Shown in pieces: positions 39,676 through 52,145 of a stretch of DNA of 64,000 bases. The stretch covers positions 82,894,001-82,958,000 of the forward strand of contig NC_043000.1 of the NCBI RefSeq assembly GCF_006345805.1, given 5' to 3'. Origin of the DNA: Octopus sinensis (lineage: Eukaryota). Every line of letters starts with the position of its first letter. Positions within the stretch are counted from its first letter, which is position 1. The notes beneath the pieces are model-generated. The model searched no databases, was not told the origin of the DNA, and was given only the letters and a program-made list of their open reading frames with translations. The position numbers and the translations under genes are program-made.

Positions 39676-40475
39676 GTGAGTACTTGCGTGCATATGTTTG
39701 TTTGCATCATATATGTGTTGTTTATATGTTGTTTATCATATATGTGTTGCATCATATATGTTTGCATCATATATGTGAGTGTTGTTTAGCTAAAAGTCAG
39801 GTTTAACCAGCAGATCTATAATCAAAAACCTTCCAGCTGTGACTACTGTCTTCTTTCAGACTTGGTGAAACCAATGATTACATTATTTAATTCAATGTGT
39901 TCTTCATTTTTTCTTAAGATGGTAGGGCATGATTTGAGGGAAACTTAACTGCTATTTCTAGCAAGTTAATTAACCTCATTAAAGTTACCTTGTTGGTTTG
40001 CTGCATGTGTGTATATATGTGGAAATAGTTTGTCTGAAATCCATTTCAGTTTAATTCGCACGTGAATATTCCAGCAGTTTACATTAGAGATTAAAGAAAC
40101 TGTGTGTTGTTGTCTTTAGATTAAAATAAACAGGTATCTTATTTGGCCATGTGCTACATGGTCGATATATTTAAAAATAACATTGCTTGGCTGGTTTTAC
40201 TTTGCTACATAATTGGAAACAGAATATTGTCTTTTTATCTGTGAGTATGTAAGAAATTGCTCACTTTATTATTGATTTTCTCTGGGTGCTGTTTAATGGT
40301 GTTTTCCCTCTCAGCACTTTCTGTTTCTTTTGTCAAGAAATTTATCTAAAAATATATTAGTGTCTACTTAATTATTCATTTGACTTAATTAAAACCACTT
40401 TCTCTTCCTCACATATCTCACTTCCATGTTGAAACACTGATGTTTTTCTAATGCATTTTGTTTATTTACCTACAG

Positions 40476-40597
40476 ATCCTTACTATGATGACTATTACCC
40501 ATATCCTGAAGAATATGATTATTATGGAGCATATGCTCCTCCACCACCTCCTGGCCCACTTCGAGGTCGTGGAAGAGGTGGAGCACTACCACCACCT
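40476..40597 (+). CDS. Syncrip: hnRNP Q/R exon, Tyr-rich/RGG region
   Basis: ctacag|AT; DPYYDDYYPYPEEYDYYGAYAPPPPPGPLRGRGRGGALPPP; donor gtaagt; 122 nt, phase 1-0. Confidence 0.92.
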
Positions 40598-40940
40598 GTA
40601 AGTGAAAGCTTATTGTCTGTTCTGATTTAAACATCATTCCTCTGCTTAATGCGATTCAATTCACCATAAACTCACACCCCTAACAGTTATATTTCCAAAG
40701 AGAGAAAATTAATCACTCTCAGTATAATAGGATTTATGCTTTGTCTCTGCCTCATTACTTCAGCTAGTTGTTCGTCTGTGTTTTGAGATGATGTGGTTCT
40801 TGTGATGAGGAAGAATGTATTTAATTAGTTGGGATTTATTTTTAAGCATCAAGAACAATTTATTAAAATTAAAATACATTCTCTTATTTAAAACAGTTTT
40901 TCTCGATAAATTTTCCTTTTTCTCTTTTTCTAATTTTCAG

Positions 40941-41279
40941 CCTGTTCGAGGGCGTGGTGCTCCTCCCTTCCGTGCAGCAAGGGGTGGCATCCCTGTAGGC
41001 AGAGGAACCAGAGGGAGCAACCGTGCAGGTCGAGGTGGTGTACCTGCTCGTGGAGCACGAGGTGGAGGTAGTGCAACACAGAAAGCGGTCCGAGGAGGCA
41101 AGCGGAAAGCTGGTACGGACTTTAGCCAAGGCCAGTCAAAGCGAAGAGTGGTATCAGATAATTGGGGAGCTCAGCCTATTGCTCAGCAGCCACTAGACCA
41201 GTCCAATTATGGTACTGGATCTGGTTACACGGGCAATGATGCACAATGGTATCAGGATTCTTATGGTGGAAACTGGTAG
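40941..41279 (+). CDS. Syncrip: hnRNP Q/R last coding exon: RGG box, NLS and C-terminal tail, ending at TAG
   Basis: ttttcag|CCT; PVRGRGAPP...RGGKRKAGTDFSQGQSKRR...NWGAQPIAQQPL...WYQDSYGGNW*; matches SYNCRIP KRKAD..SKRR..NWGSQPIAQQPL..FYQD. Confidence 0.95.
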   Translation, partial: PVRGRGAPPFRAARGGIPVGRGTRGSNRAGRGGVPARGARGGGSATQKAVRGGKRKAGTDFSQGQSKRRVVSDNWGAQPIAQQPLDQSNYGTGSGYTGNDAQWYQDSYGGNW

Positions 41280-43339
41280 ATGGCTTTATCGGCAGCAATG
41301 TCTCTTTTTTTTTTTTTTTAACAAAAGCAAAAGAAAAAAAAAATCTTCCATTTCTTTGAAGCAAACTCTCCAAAAATTCCAAAAAGAAAAAAAATTGAAA
41401 ATAGTGAAACTGATTTTTTTTTAAATTTAATTTTTATGTATACATTTATCTATACCTATCTGTCTATCTATCTATTCATCTATATATATATATATATATA
41501 TATATACATTCATACATGTATGTATATGTATATTTAAATATTTTCGTCTTAAGTTCTCCTTTTTAACAATAGTTCAATCATTGGAATTCATATTAATTGT
41601 ACATCAAAAAATCATGAGTGAGCTGAAATTGTCCTGCACCCCCTTACTATTCACCTCTGTCTAAATTCTTCATTTGATTTTTTGATTTTTCCAACGATGG
41701 TAAAGTATGTTGAGCTCATCATGATGTCATTTCTCTGAACAGATTTTAAAAACATAATGGAGATCAATTCGGTTCATTTGTTTGAGAAAAATGTGTCCCT
41801 ATTGTTTGGATCTAAAATTTGGTTTCCACCATATATATATGTGTGTGTGTGTATGTATGTATATATATGCACACACACACTCATACACACACAGATATAT
41901 ATATATATATGTATGTAGTAAAGTTCATTCTGCCACCCTTAATGTTTTAAAATATATATACTGTTTGTGTGTATATTTGTATATATATATATGTGTGTGT
42001 GTGTGTATGCGTGTGTGTGTGTATACATATATATATATATAAAATATGTATGTATTATGTATGTATGCACATACTCATATTATATACATACCATTTGGCA
42101 TTTAACAAAAATATATAAGACAAATGAAAAAACTACAGCAAAAAAAAAAAGAACTTGGCTTTTTCTGTTACATAGCCTGCCATAAAAAAATATATAACCC
42201 ATAGCAGAAAAAAAGAAAAATATGGAAACAAATCAGAAACCAAAGCAAAAAAAAATTTTAATATTAACATAAGAAAAAAAAAAACTAAAGTGGTATTTCA
42301 TATATATATAGTGACCAAAATTTGTACAAAATTCAAATTGTAAGATTTTAGACATTATTTTTTAAATAGTAATCTAAATTTTTTTCCTTTTTTTTTGTTT
42401 GATCATTTTTGTGGGTTTCTTTTTCCTAATCTTGCATTATTCATCTTTGAGCTATATTATTTGGTCTTGGATGATCTTTTCTTGTCCTCCCCTCCACCTG
42501 ACCTCACTTCATTCCGTTTAAGTAACAAACCCCTGGTCCAACACCAGCCCTTTCCCCTGTTTCTTTTTTTTCCCTTTGTAATCCTTGTTGAGAAAACATT
42601 TTAACTTGAGATCAATGTATCGTGCTTTTAGTTTAATTTCCTTTCTTTTTCTATTGACATTTTTTGGCCTCCTTTCTTTTGAAATAACTTCTGTTTTTGT
42701 GTTGTTTCTTTGTTTTCTTCAAATTTTACAATTACAAGACTTCATAATTTATTTTAATGACTGATGTACACATACAAACACTTAGACATGTATGTATGTA
42801 TATATGTGTATACACACACGCATGCACATACATATACATACAATACATTTCTTGAGAATTTAATGCTTTGTAATGGTGTTTCCCCCATCAGACGTATACA
42901 GTCACTTAATATCATACACTCTTAGACTGACATGTACATGATAACCTACTCTAACTGGTGATGGTGGTGGTGGTTCCAGTTGTAAAAGTCGTATGCATGC
43001 TGGCAGACACGATAAAGGTGATTATTATTGTTAAAGTTATCTATAGATCACATGCCAGCACTACCACCATGTGCAGTCTTTGAGAATTTTTGACTTCTCC
43101 TCAGCTTTGTCTCCTTTGAGTTATTTCTGTTAATCTATTTATTTTTTCCTGGCCACTGATACTATTAAGATGTTTAATCTCAGCAGAGTTTAGCTTCCTC
43201 TTCACTTTATATTTTGAATATTTTGTGTGTGTGTGTGCGTGTGTAGATATATGGCTGAGTGAGATTTTAATTATTTTTTTTTTATCTATGTAACAAATGT
43301 TTTAATGTATTACTGTAGTTTGTGTCCTTTTGCATTGTT

Positions 43340-43520
43340 GTTGTTTAGGCCCAGGTCAGCCTTGAATTAGCAGACATGTCCATTCTGTCTTATTCAGACA
43401 GTGTTTAGAGGACAACATTGTTCAATGTGTCCGTTTCTTGTTTAGCAGACTGCGGTTTGAGGGAGATTTGGCTGCTATTTCTGGCAGGTTTGAGTGACCA
43501 TGTAGCGGCTCCTTCATTGG
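43340..43520 (-). mobile_element. interspersed repeat family D (representative copy)
   Basis: GTTGTTTAG(G)CCCAGGTCAG…TTTGAGGGAGATTTGGCTGCTATTTCT; related copies at about 3095, 9420, 13555, 18320, 33390, 39780, 46680, 52830, 63520; strand assignment arbitrary. Confidence 0.6.
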
Positions 43521-45898
43521 ATTGTCTTCATGTTTGTTGATCCTCTATCGAAGTAGTTTTAACATATCATTTTTGTGGTGTTTCAGTTTTGAGTTGATTG
43601 TTAGGTTTCTTGTTGGTTGTATTCTCCCATAGTTTCTTGTCAGAGAAAGAAGAGCAGAATGGTTGTTTATTTATTTATTTATGTATTTTTTTTTCTTATT
43701 GTTTACATTTCTTTCTGATGTTCCACTTTAGGAAGGAATGATGCTGTACAAACAATTAGACTTATAAATATTTTATCTCACTGCACCCAATTCTTATGTC
43801 CCTCCAAAAGAGAGAGTTGGCTAGAGATATATGTATAGACCTCAGTTCTCGTCTATTGAAAAAAAAAAGATGTGACAGGATTTCCTCATTTCACACACAC
43901 ATATATATGTATGTCTGTAGTATGTACAGGCATAGATAGATATTTGCATATATAACCTAAATGTGTGTCTCAGTGCCAATTTAGTTTTTCTTATTATTGA
44001 AAGGAAGTTCCATATATATATCTCATCTTGAACATTAGTTACTATATTGCTTCTGTAACTCATTATTCTCATCACTTACTCCTACATAACATTGATGAAA
44101 CTTCCATCTTTTACCATTCTCTCAAATTTTCTACTCCCCACCTGTAAAAAGACACAAAAAAGAACAATGCAGTCTTCATCTTAAAAAAAAATAGATAAAA
44201 TATAATAGAGTAAGTCTGAGAGAGAGAGAGAACAATTTGCTGTATATTATTCACTTTATATTGGCCATTTATAATCACAGCAGGCCAACAAAATTTATGT
44301 TGTGTCCACCTACTCACTGAAGTATTGACTTCCACTTAAACTGAATTGTGTCCATAATCAAAACATGTAACATCTCTCACTAGCTCTTTTCACATAGCTT
44401 CTATTAACCCTATAGCTTAAAGTGTGACGTTAAGTCTGCAGAAATATAGGGATGCTTACCTCTTAATCTCATCATCCTTTCTTTTGTTGTTATATATTTC
44501 TATTGGTGCCCCTTGAAAGAACTACTGGGTTACTTCACCAAATATTTCACTATTTCTCATTGCTATTAACATATAAACTTCTATTTTTTCTCCTTATATT
44601 TTGGTTGAAATTCCCCCTTGTATTATTTCTGCTAAAATTCTTCTTTATATATTGTACTCTACTCATCCTTGATACTCATTTAGTTAAGTGGGTTTTTATT
44701 AAATTTTTAAGAATATGTCTATCTTCTATATTATATCTCCTTTCTCATTCATTTGAAGCTGTTTCTAGTTTTCTCTTTACATGTGTAAATATTTTATCAC
44801 ACTCAATCTCACCAACCTTGGTGGACTTGCATAGGGCATGAATACTGTCTCTCTCTCTCAAAAATATACTTGTGTGTGTATTGATGTTCTTGTGGAAACA
44901 TTACATTTTGAATAATGGGAGAGAAAGATAGAAGAAAAAACAGGAAGGTAACTGCTTTAACTGTTGGCCAAAAATTGAACATTAATACTGCTGAGGGTCA
45001 GAGGTTATTGCATTGGTTTTGGTTTCACTTGAATTAAACTTACATTTGTGTGTCTCCAAACTGGGCCTGGCTCTACATTACAGCACACACCATAATTTTG
45101 TATAATATATATTCAAGTAATATATATATTATTTAATTCATCTACTCTAGTTGTCAGTTACTGTGGAGTTTCACAGATGTCTATCTGGTTCATCAGATAA
45201 CTTATACAGCTTATTCTGTTTGAGTCATCTAGGTATTGGAGATCCTCCCGAGTACCGGACAATGGATCAACTGAATTGTGTGATTATACTCAACCATGGT
45301 ATTGAGTGCTTTCCTCCTCTATTTTAAAACCAGCAGATGAATGTGTGTGTGTATGTGTACACCATTGGCCTGTTACTCTGAAGTTTCCACAATGTACTGC
45401 CACTTCTTCAGACAAGTTAGACAGGTCATGGGATTTCGTTTGCAATTATTTCCACTTTCAAAATAAATTGAAAGAGAACTCCTTTCTTACATACAGTACA
45501 TTTCTAGTGTGTACTTAGTTCAGACTGCTTTGCATTTCATTATTCATTTCTAGGGGTAATCCTCAGATGAGGGTGGCTGGTGGCAATAACACAGGTATGA
45601 TTAGTCTGTAGAACAGTAATGTGTGTGTGTATTTTGGTTTAAATAGGATTATGTAAAGTATATGTGTTTATGCTTGTGTGTTATACATACATAGTGGTCT
45701 AGATAAGATAATTGTCTGAGTTGAATTATTTTGTTGCAGTTCTTAATAGCATGTCTCTCTCAACTAATTAATTCATTAACATGTTGTTTGAGTGATCTGT
45801 AGAAATTATGTCAGATAAGAGGTATCCCCAACATTTATGCCTATGTAACATAACTAAGTTGCTGATTTTCTTTAACTATTAATATTTAGCTAGCATAG

Positions 45899-46048
45899 GG
45901 TGGTGAGCTGGCAGAATTGTTAGCACACTGGGTAAAATGCTTAGCAGCATTTCATCCATCTTTACATTCTGGGTTCATATGCCACTGAGGTCAATGTAAT
46001 TGACATAGCCCCTCCCCCGAAATTGCTGGCCTTGTGCCAAAATTTTAG
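45899..46048 (+). mobile_element. SINE family C copy with CpGs decayed
   Basis: GGTGGTGAGCTGGCAGAATTGTTAGCACACTGGG…; other copies at about 7945(-), 18815, 50820, 51075, 53492, 57318. Confidence 0.75.
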
Positions 46049-47350
46049 ATAAATATTTAGCTAGTATATTAATTTCTTTTTAATGGTTGAGAAAAATAAT
46101 ATAGAATCCTGTACATGATTATTTCTATTGCCACACATTTCGTTCTCTTTTACAGTTTATGGCAATCTTATAATTTAATGATGGAGAATCTCTTAATTCT
46201 AGATTGAAATACAGTAGTGTTAAGCCCTCTCTGTTCCAAGTTCAAAGTCAACTCTGCCTTTCATCCTTCTGGGCTCAATTAAATATTTCTATAAAGCATG
46301 TGAATAGTATTATAATAAAAGTCAAACACATAGGTGATAATCTGACACAGTTAACAGGCTTTTTTTTCTGGAAAAGTAGTGATTAGTTGTTATTTTTAGC
46401 AAGTTCTGTATATTGGTCAGTATTGTTGAAATAGGTAATTTATAGACAATGAGGTGGTCATTATATATAATAGGGTTTTTAGTGTGGTTACTAAACTTTC
46501 GATGTCCTCACCTGTTAGGTTTTCGCATTTTTCTTCCATGTCCAACACTTAATGTTGGTGTCATCCAATATGTGATACTAGGATATTAACTAAATACTAA
46601 AGCTTTAATATTTCTTGTTGACCTTATGAAAATATATCCTTTAGCCCTTCCTTATACATGCCATTGCACAGGTATGCTTATATATTAGCTACATGTTACC
46701 CCTGGTCAAGCAGATTTATGATCAAAAGCTTTCCAGCTCACTACCAGCCTGCCTTTTTCTTCAAACAGCTATATTGGGGATTATATTTTCCACTGTCCCC
46801 TCCCTGTTTTAAGACAGTAGGGTTTGATTTGAGAGTGGTTTAACAGCTGTTTCCAACAGGTCTAATCACTATTTAAAAATTCCTTCAGTTCACACCTATT
46901 ATTTTATAATGTATATGTTAGGTACAGGCACGGCCATGTGGTTAAAACACTCACTTTAGAACTTCATATTGTTCTGGGTTCAATCCTATTGCATGGTCAA
47001 CTATCTTTTGCTATAACCTTAGGTTAAGCAATAGCTTGTGAGTAGAATTGGTAGCTTGTCATGTGTATGTGTAAATAAATATATATATGTATGTGTGTGT
47101 GTTGCTTAGGCATTGCAAGACCAACAGCCTGGTGTAGAACTCAATATATGCTTGAGAATGAAGTGTTGAGTGGTAATAAGAGAGAGGGATGACAAAGGAA
47201 CTTCATTAGCTTATGGCTGTTTCTACTATAAGATGCAGTGGACTCAAAGCTGAATGCCTGAATAACGCCTTATAGCTTCATTGGAGCCTTGTCTATGAAG
47301 TCATATATTATATAGATATATATATGAAGTTTTTGCTATTTCTTTTCTAG

Positions 47351-47499
47351 GCAGCCGGTAGAGCATTGGTAATGTCACACATGACTTGCAGTCATCTTGT
47401 CTTTTGCTTGAACAGCTACAGCTGATTCCATGGAATATTGCTGTATTCAAATTGCTTGGATACTAGCATGAAACCATGGCATGGAGGAAGTAGCTACAG
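47351..47499 (+). other. candidate cassette exon (non-coding or poison) downstream of the Syncrip stop
   Basis: tttttgctatttcttttctag acceptor and CAG|gtacta donor; stops in all three frames. Confidence 0.35.
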
Positions 47500-49679
47500 G
47501 TACTAAGTAATATATATTACGTGTGTATCTGTTTTTATGTTTATTGGTAGTGTGTCAAAGGTATAATTTAATGATACTCAATGTAAATACTGAGTTCAAT
47601 AAGATTGACGAGAGAAGTCCTTTAGGTTGGTGCCCTGTGTGGCTACAGCACAATGATCAACTACTTAGACAAATTAAGTGTAGTTCACCTAACTGTAAAT
47701 AGGTAGTTAGATCTTTGCTGTAAATAGGAGGAGCGCTTCATAAACAGACGAGTCATTTTTACCAGCTTACTATAAGGCTGAACTCAAATGTTTACTTATT
47801 GGCTATATATTGGCAAAGCTTCTACTTTAATTCTGCTCAGTCTATTCTATGAATGTGTATGTTGTTACTGTACACACACACATGTGGTCATTACACTAAT
47901 TCCATCTGTTAAGATATGTAAATTAGTAATAGTAATGATTATAATGATAATATAAAAATAACCTTTATAGTTGTGTTTTTGACAAAAAATTTTATGAATG
48001 TTTTGTGATATGGACTTATGAGATGTTGTATGGTACCATCTAAAAACTAACAGTCAAAAACCACTTAACTCTCCATGATAATCTACTTCACAACGGTCAA
48101 CCTCTGTTAACATCAGAAACACACCATTAACAATGCTCTATATAACATATACAAATCATTACATTAAAAAAAAAATTTTTTCCTCTTCCTTTTGTGTCTC
48201 TAATTATCTTTTGATGAATAATCAAAACGAAGTATTTCATAATCTCATTGCATTCAGTTCCTAATTTCTGGACAGTTTTTATAATTCATTACCTCTACTT
48301 CACGTCCCCATCCCCACCTCTCCCTCTAATGATGCTATCAAATATCATAATAAAAAAAAATGTTTGATTGATGAGCTGAGAAGAAATGTAGTTGCTTGTA
48401 GAATTTTGCATGTGTTTGTGAGGGAGTAAGAGAGATATTTCAAGCTACAGCTACTTTTAATAATAATAATAATAATCATCTATGTACAAGTTTAGTCACT
48501 TTTTAACCCCCAAAACCCAATTATAGTCCTAGAGCTGTGTTGACCTGCACGCTACATAACCTATCAGTTTTATTTCATTTTCATTCTTATGTTTTTATTG
48601 ATTTTTATTTACTGAACCTCCTCTTTCTCTGATATTTCTCCCCCTCTACTTCTTCATAATAATAATAATTATTATTATTATCTCTGTTGTTTGGAATCCA
48701 GCCTCCTTTCACATATTATTAGCTAGTGGCACCCCAGTTATTCTCCTCCTGTATTGACACTACTATAAAACCTGTACAGATTTTTTTTTTCAGTTCTATT
48801 ATGCTGGCATATATATATATATCTCCTGATTCTTCATTCTTCTCCATTTTCTATTCATATTTCAAAGAAAACTTAAATATTTATTCTGGTTTCAGAAAAC
48901 TGATCATTTTGAAATATATTTTATACCAAATTATGAAAAGAAAAAAAAAAGAGAAAAGAAAAAAAATATCAAAAACCAACAAACTTTAATTATAGTTCTC
49001 ATTTTGTCATTTAGTTATTAAAATATATATATACATATATATGCACATAATGTGTGTGTGTATATATGTATATATATATATTATATCTATATATATATTT
49101 ATATATAATATATATATATCTGTATATTATATATATTTATATATTTTACATATATCTATATATATACATACACCCTGTAATGTTCATTTACTTTTTGGCT
49201 CATTAAAAAATATAATAAAATAAAAATAAAAAAATTTTTAAAAACTTTGTCAATTAGTTTAAAGTGGAATTTTCTGGCAAACTTTGCTATATAATTCTAG
49301 ATAATATATCTCTATTACATGCATTCTGAGAGGCATGTTCTTGTTATGTTATCATTCAGAAAACTCAGGCACTTATCTACTCTCTCTCACACACACACAC
49401 ACTTACAGCAAGAGTAGTGTGCTGCTTTCAAAATTAATGACATAAATAGAAATAAACAAATCTGCTCAAATTCAATTATTTTTTCGCTATTGTTTATTTA
49501 TTCCCCTCAAAATTTGCCCATTTTTTAAAAAATTCATTTTCGTTTTTTTTGTAACTCTCTTTTGGCACAGTTATTGGCAAACACTAACCCAGTCAAGAAA
49601 TAATCTATTCTTTTTTTGTCTTGTCAGTTGTAATTAATCTCTTGAACAATTTACTTTAAATGGTTGGTTGCCAATGTAT

Positions 49680-49710
<31 letters not shown>

Positions 49711-51544
49711 ATTAATTAATTTTAATAAATTTACATTTTCATATGTTGACACAAACCATCACTCAGGATTGTAAGAACAATGTTTAAAGAAATTTAATAC
49801 TTCAAAAATTAAATTATTATTTTCTTCCTATCAAGAGCAAGACAGTTTGTTCCCTTTTGATTAAATAAATTAAAATTGAGTTTTAAAAAAACCAAACCTT
49901 TTATCCTAATCTTCCACTATACATGTGTATGATTGCATAAATTTGAAATGAAGCAAAAACATTTCTCATTCTATTCTAATAACAATGTTTTTTTTTTTCA
50001 TTTTTGACATTACGTATCTAAAACTGTATAAATATTAAGTTGTCTATATAATATATTTCTTTTCCTTCACTACCAAAAGTGCCTTCTTGAAAAAACATCC
50101 ACATTTTAAATGTCGAAAATTCCTTGAAGTATTTCTTTAGAAGGAAGAAGAATCATATTTTATCTCCTAGTTATTCATCAGTGTGTGTATATACATATGT
50201 GTGTGTGTATAAGTGTGTATATAGGTCTTATTTTCAAATTTATATCTATATAGGGTGCTCATATCCTTTCTCAATGTCTTGCAAATTACTAAATCCATTG
50301 TAAACTACCATCCCACTAATTAATCTTTTGAATTAATCATACTCTTTCTTCACCTCCTACTCCTCCTTTGTTTTCTACAATATGATGTCACACAGTTTTT
50401 ACCATTTCCCATCAGTCTGTGACACTAACTTTTTCCTATTTTCTATCTTCACATCTTTGAAATAGTTTATTGTAACCTTCCTGCTTGCAAAATACTAAGT
50501 TGTTGACTGTTGAACTGACATTCAAGAACTAAATCCTTCCATATTTTGCGACACATCTATCTCAGGGAAATTTCTAAAGATCATGTCTTCTTCCATGTAT
50601 CTTTCTAGAAAAACAAAAAAGAGCAACAATTATTTAATTCTAGTTCTTTATGTTTCACTGCCAATCTTGAAGTAGATAGTTGAACTAATAACTTCTATCA
50701 CTATTATTTCCCCCCCAACCTCCATCCATCTTTCTATTATTCCATTTTGTTATCATATCTAAAATTTGTTTCCTGTAATTTCTCTCCTCTCTATTATTAT
50801 TTTCAATGAATCTTCATATGAACCAATGTATTAGTACCTTGGCAGAATATCACTTTGGAATGTATCTCTTTTTATATTCTGAGTTCAAATCCTGCTTTGG
50901 TTGACGTTACTTTTCATCCTTCCAGGAATGATAAAAGAAATACAGAGATCAAGCTGAAAAATTATGCCCCCCTCCTCCACAAAAAAGAAAAAAAATATTG
51001 AGGTTTTGCACTCATGTCAGAAGCTATTATGGAGACTTGAGTTCATATCCCACAGCTGCCACAGTTTATATAAAGCGCAAGCAGTAGATTGGCAGGATCT
51101 TAGAGCATCAGACAAAATATCCTGCAGCGTTTGTTCTTGCTCTTTACGCTCAGAGTTCACATCTTAATAAGGCCAACTTTGCCTTTCATCCCTCCAGGGG
51201 TCGATAAAGTAAAGTACCAGAAAGTACTGGGGTCATTTTGACTAACCCTTCCTCCAAATGTCTGATTTTGTGCCTAAGTTAGATATAATTATTATCATTA
51301 CATCAGTTAAATTGCAATTATTTTACTATTTTCACTGTTTTTTATTTTAATTTGTGCTTTTGTTGTGTTTGTTGTTTTTTCACACATCTTTATTTTTTTA
51401 AATTTATATATATATTTTTTTTTCTTTAATTTTATGTCAGTATAATTGTTTTGGTGTAACATTTTGTTTTCTTGAGACTGCTTTTCAATAATGAGGCAAC
51501 AGATTGCTGATGCTTTTAGGTTTCTCTCTGTTCTAAGATCTTAA

Positions 51545-51769
51545 CCCTCAGGTTACTTACAACATAAGCAGCTTCTCAGAAATCTCATCTATCTTGCCAG
51601 AACCAAATTTAAACTCGAAATCTGACTGTTCAGGAATATTACCAATATTTATGGTAATTTTTGGTAGACTGATTAAAAAAAGAAATTGATAATTTACATT
51701 CCAAGGATGTTCAAGAGAAATATTTAAGCAAATATTTTGTATCCACAATTACACACACCTTCCTCAGGG
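51545..51769. mobile_element. piggyBac-type MITE, family P4
   Basis: TTAA-CCCTCAGG … CCTCAGGG-TTAA. Confidence 0.6.
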
Positions 51770-52080
51770 TTAAGATTCTTAAATCAGCACACTCAGAAGT
51801 TGTTACTTGCTTATATCTATATATATAATTTTTTTACTTTTAAGTGACTTTTTTCAGTTTTCATTTTTACTGCTTCCTTTTGTTTTCTTGTAATATATTC
51901 TCTCCTAAATCTTTCCACTCGTTTTATATAAATACTTGCATATTTGCATATATAAATGTAGTTATTTCTTTTATTAGAAAGGGACTTGCTAAAGGTACAC
52001 TTCAGAATTTTCTCTTACCGTAAATAACATGTTTTAGTTAGAGGGTGGGGTCCTTTAAATTAATTATACAATTTTTCTGT

Positions 52081-52085
<5 letters not shown>

Positions 52086-52143
<58 letters not shown>
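52086..52143. repeat. (TA)n microsatellite
   Basis: pure TA run of about 57 nt. Confidence 0.95.

Positions 52144-52145
<2 letters not shown>

Noticed and set aside
47351-47430. tRNA-Ala-like anticodon hairpin ATGA-CTTGCAG-TCAT with an A-box-like start
   Set aside because: No D-stem pairing, no T-loop GTTC and no acceptor stem
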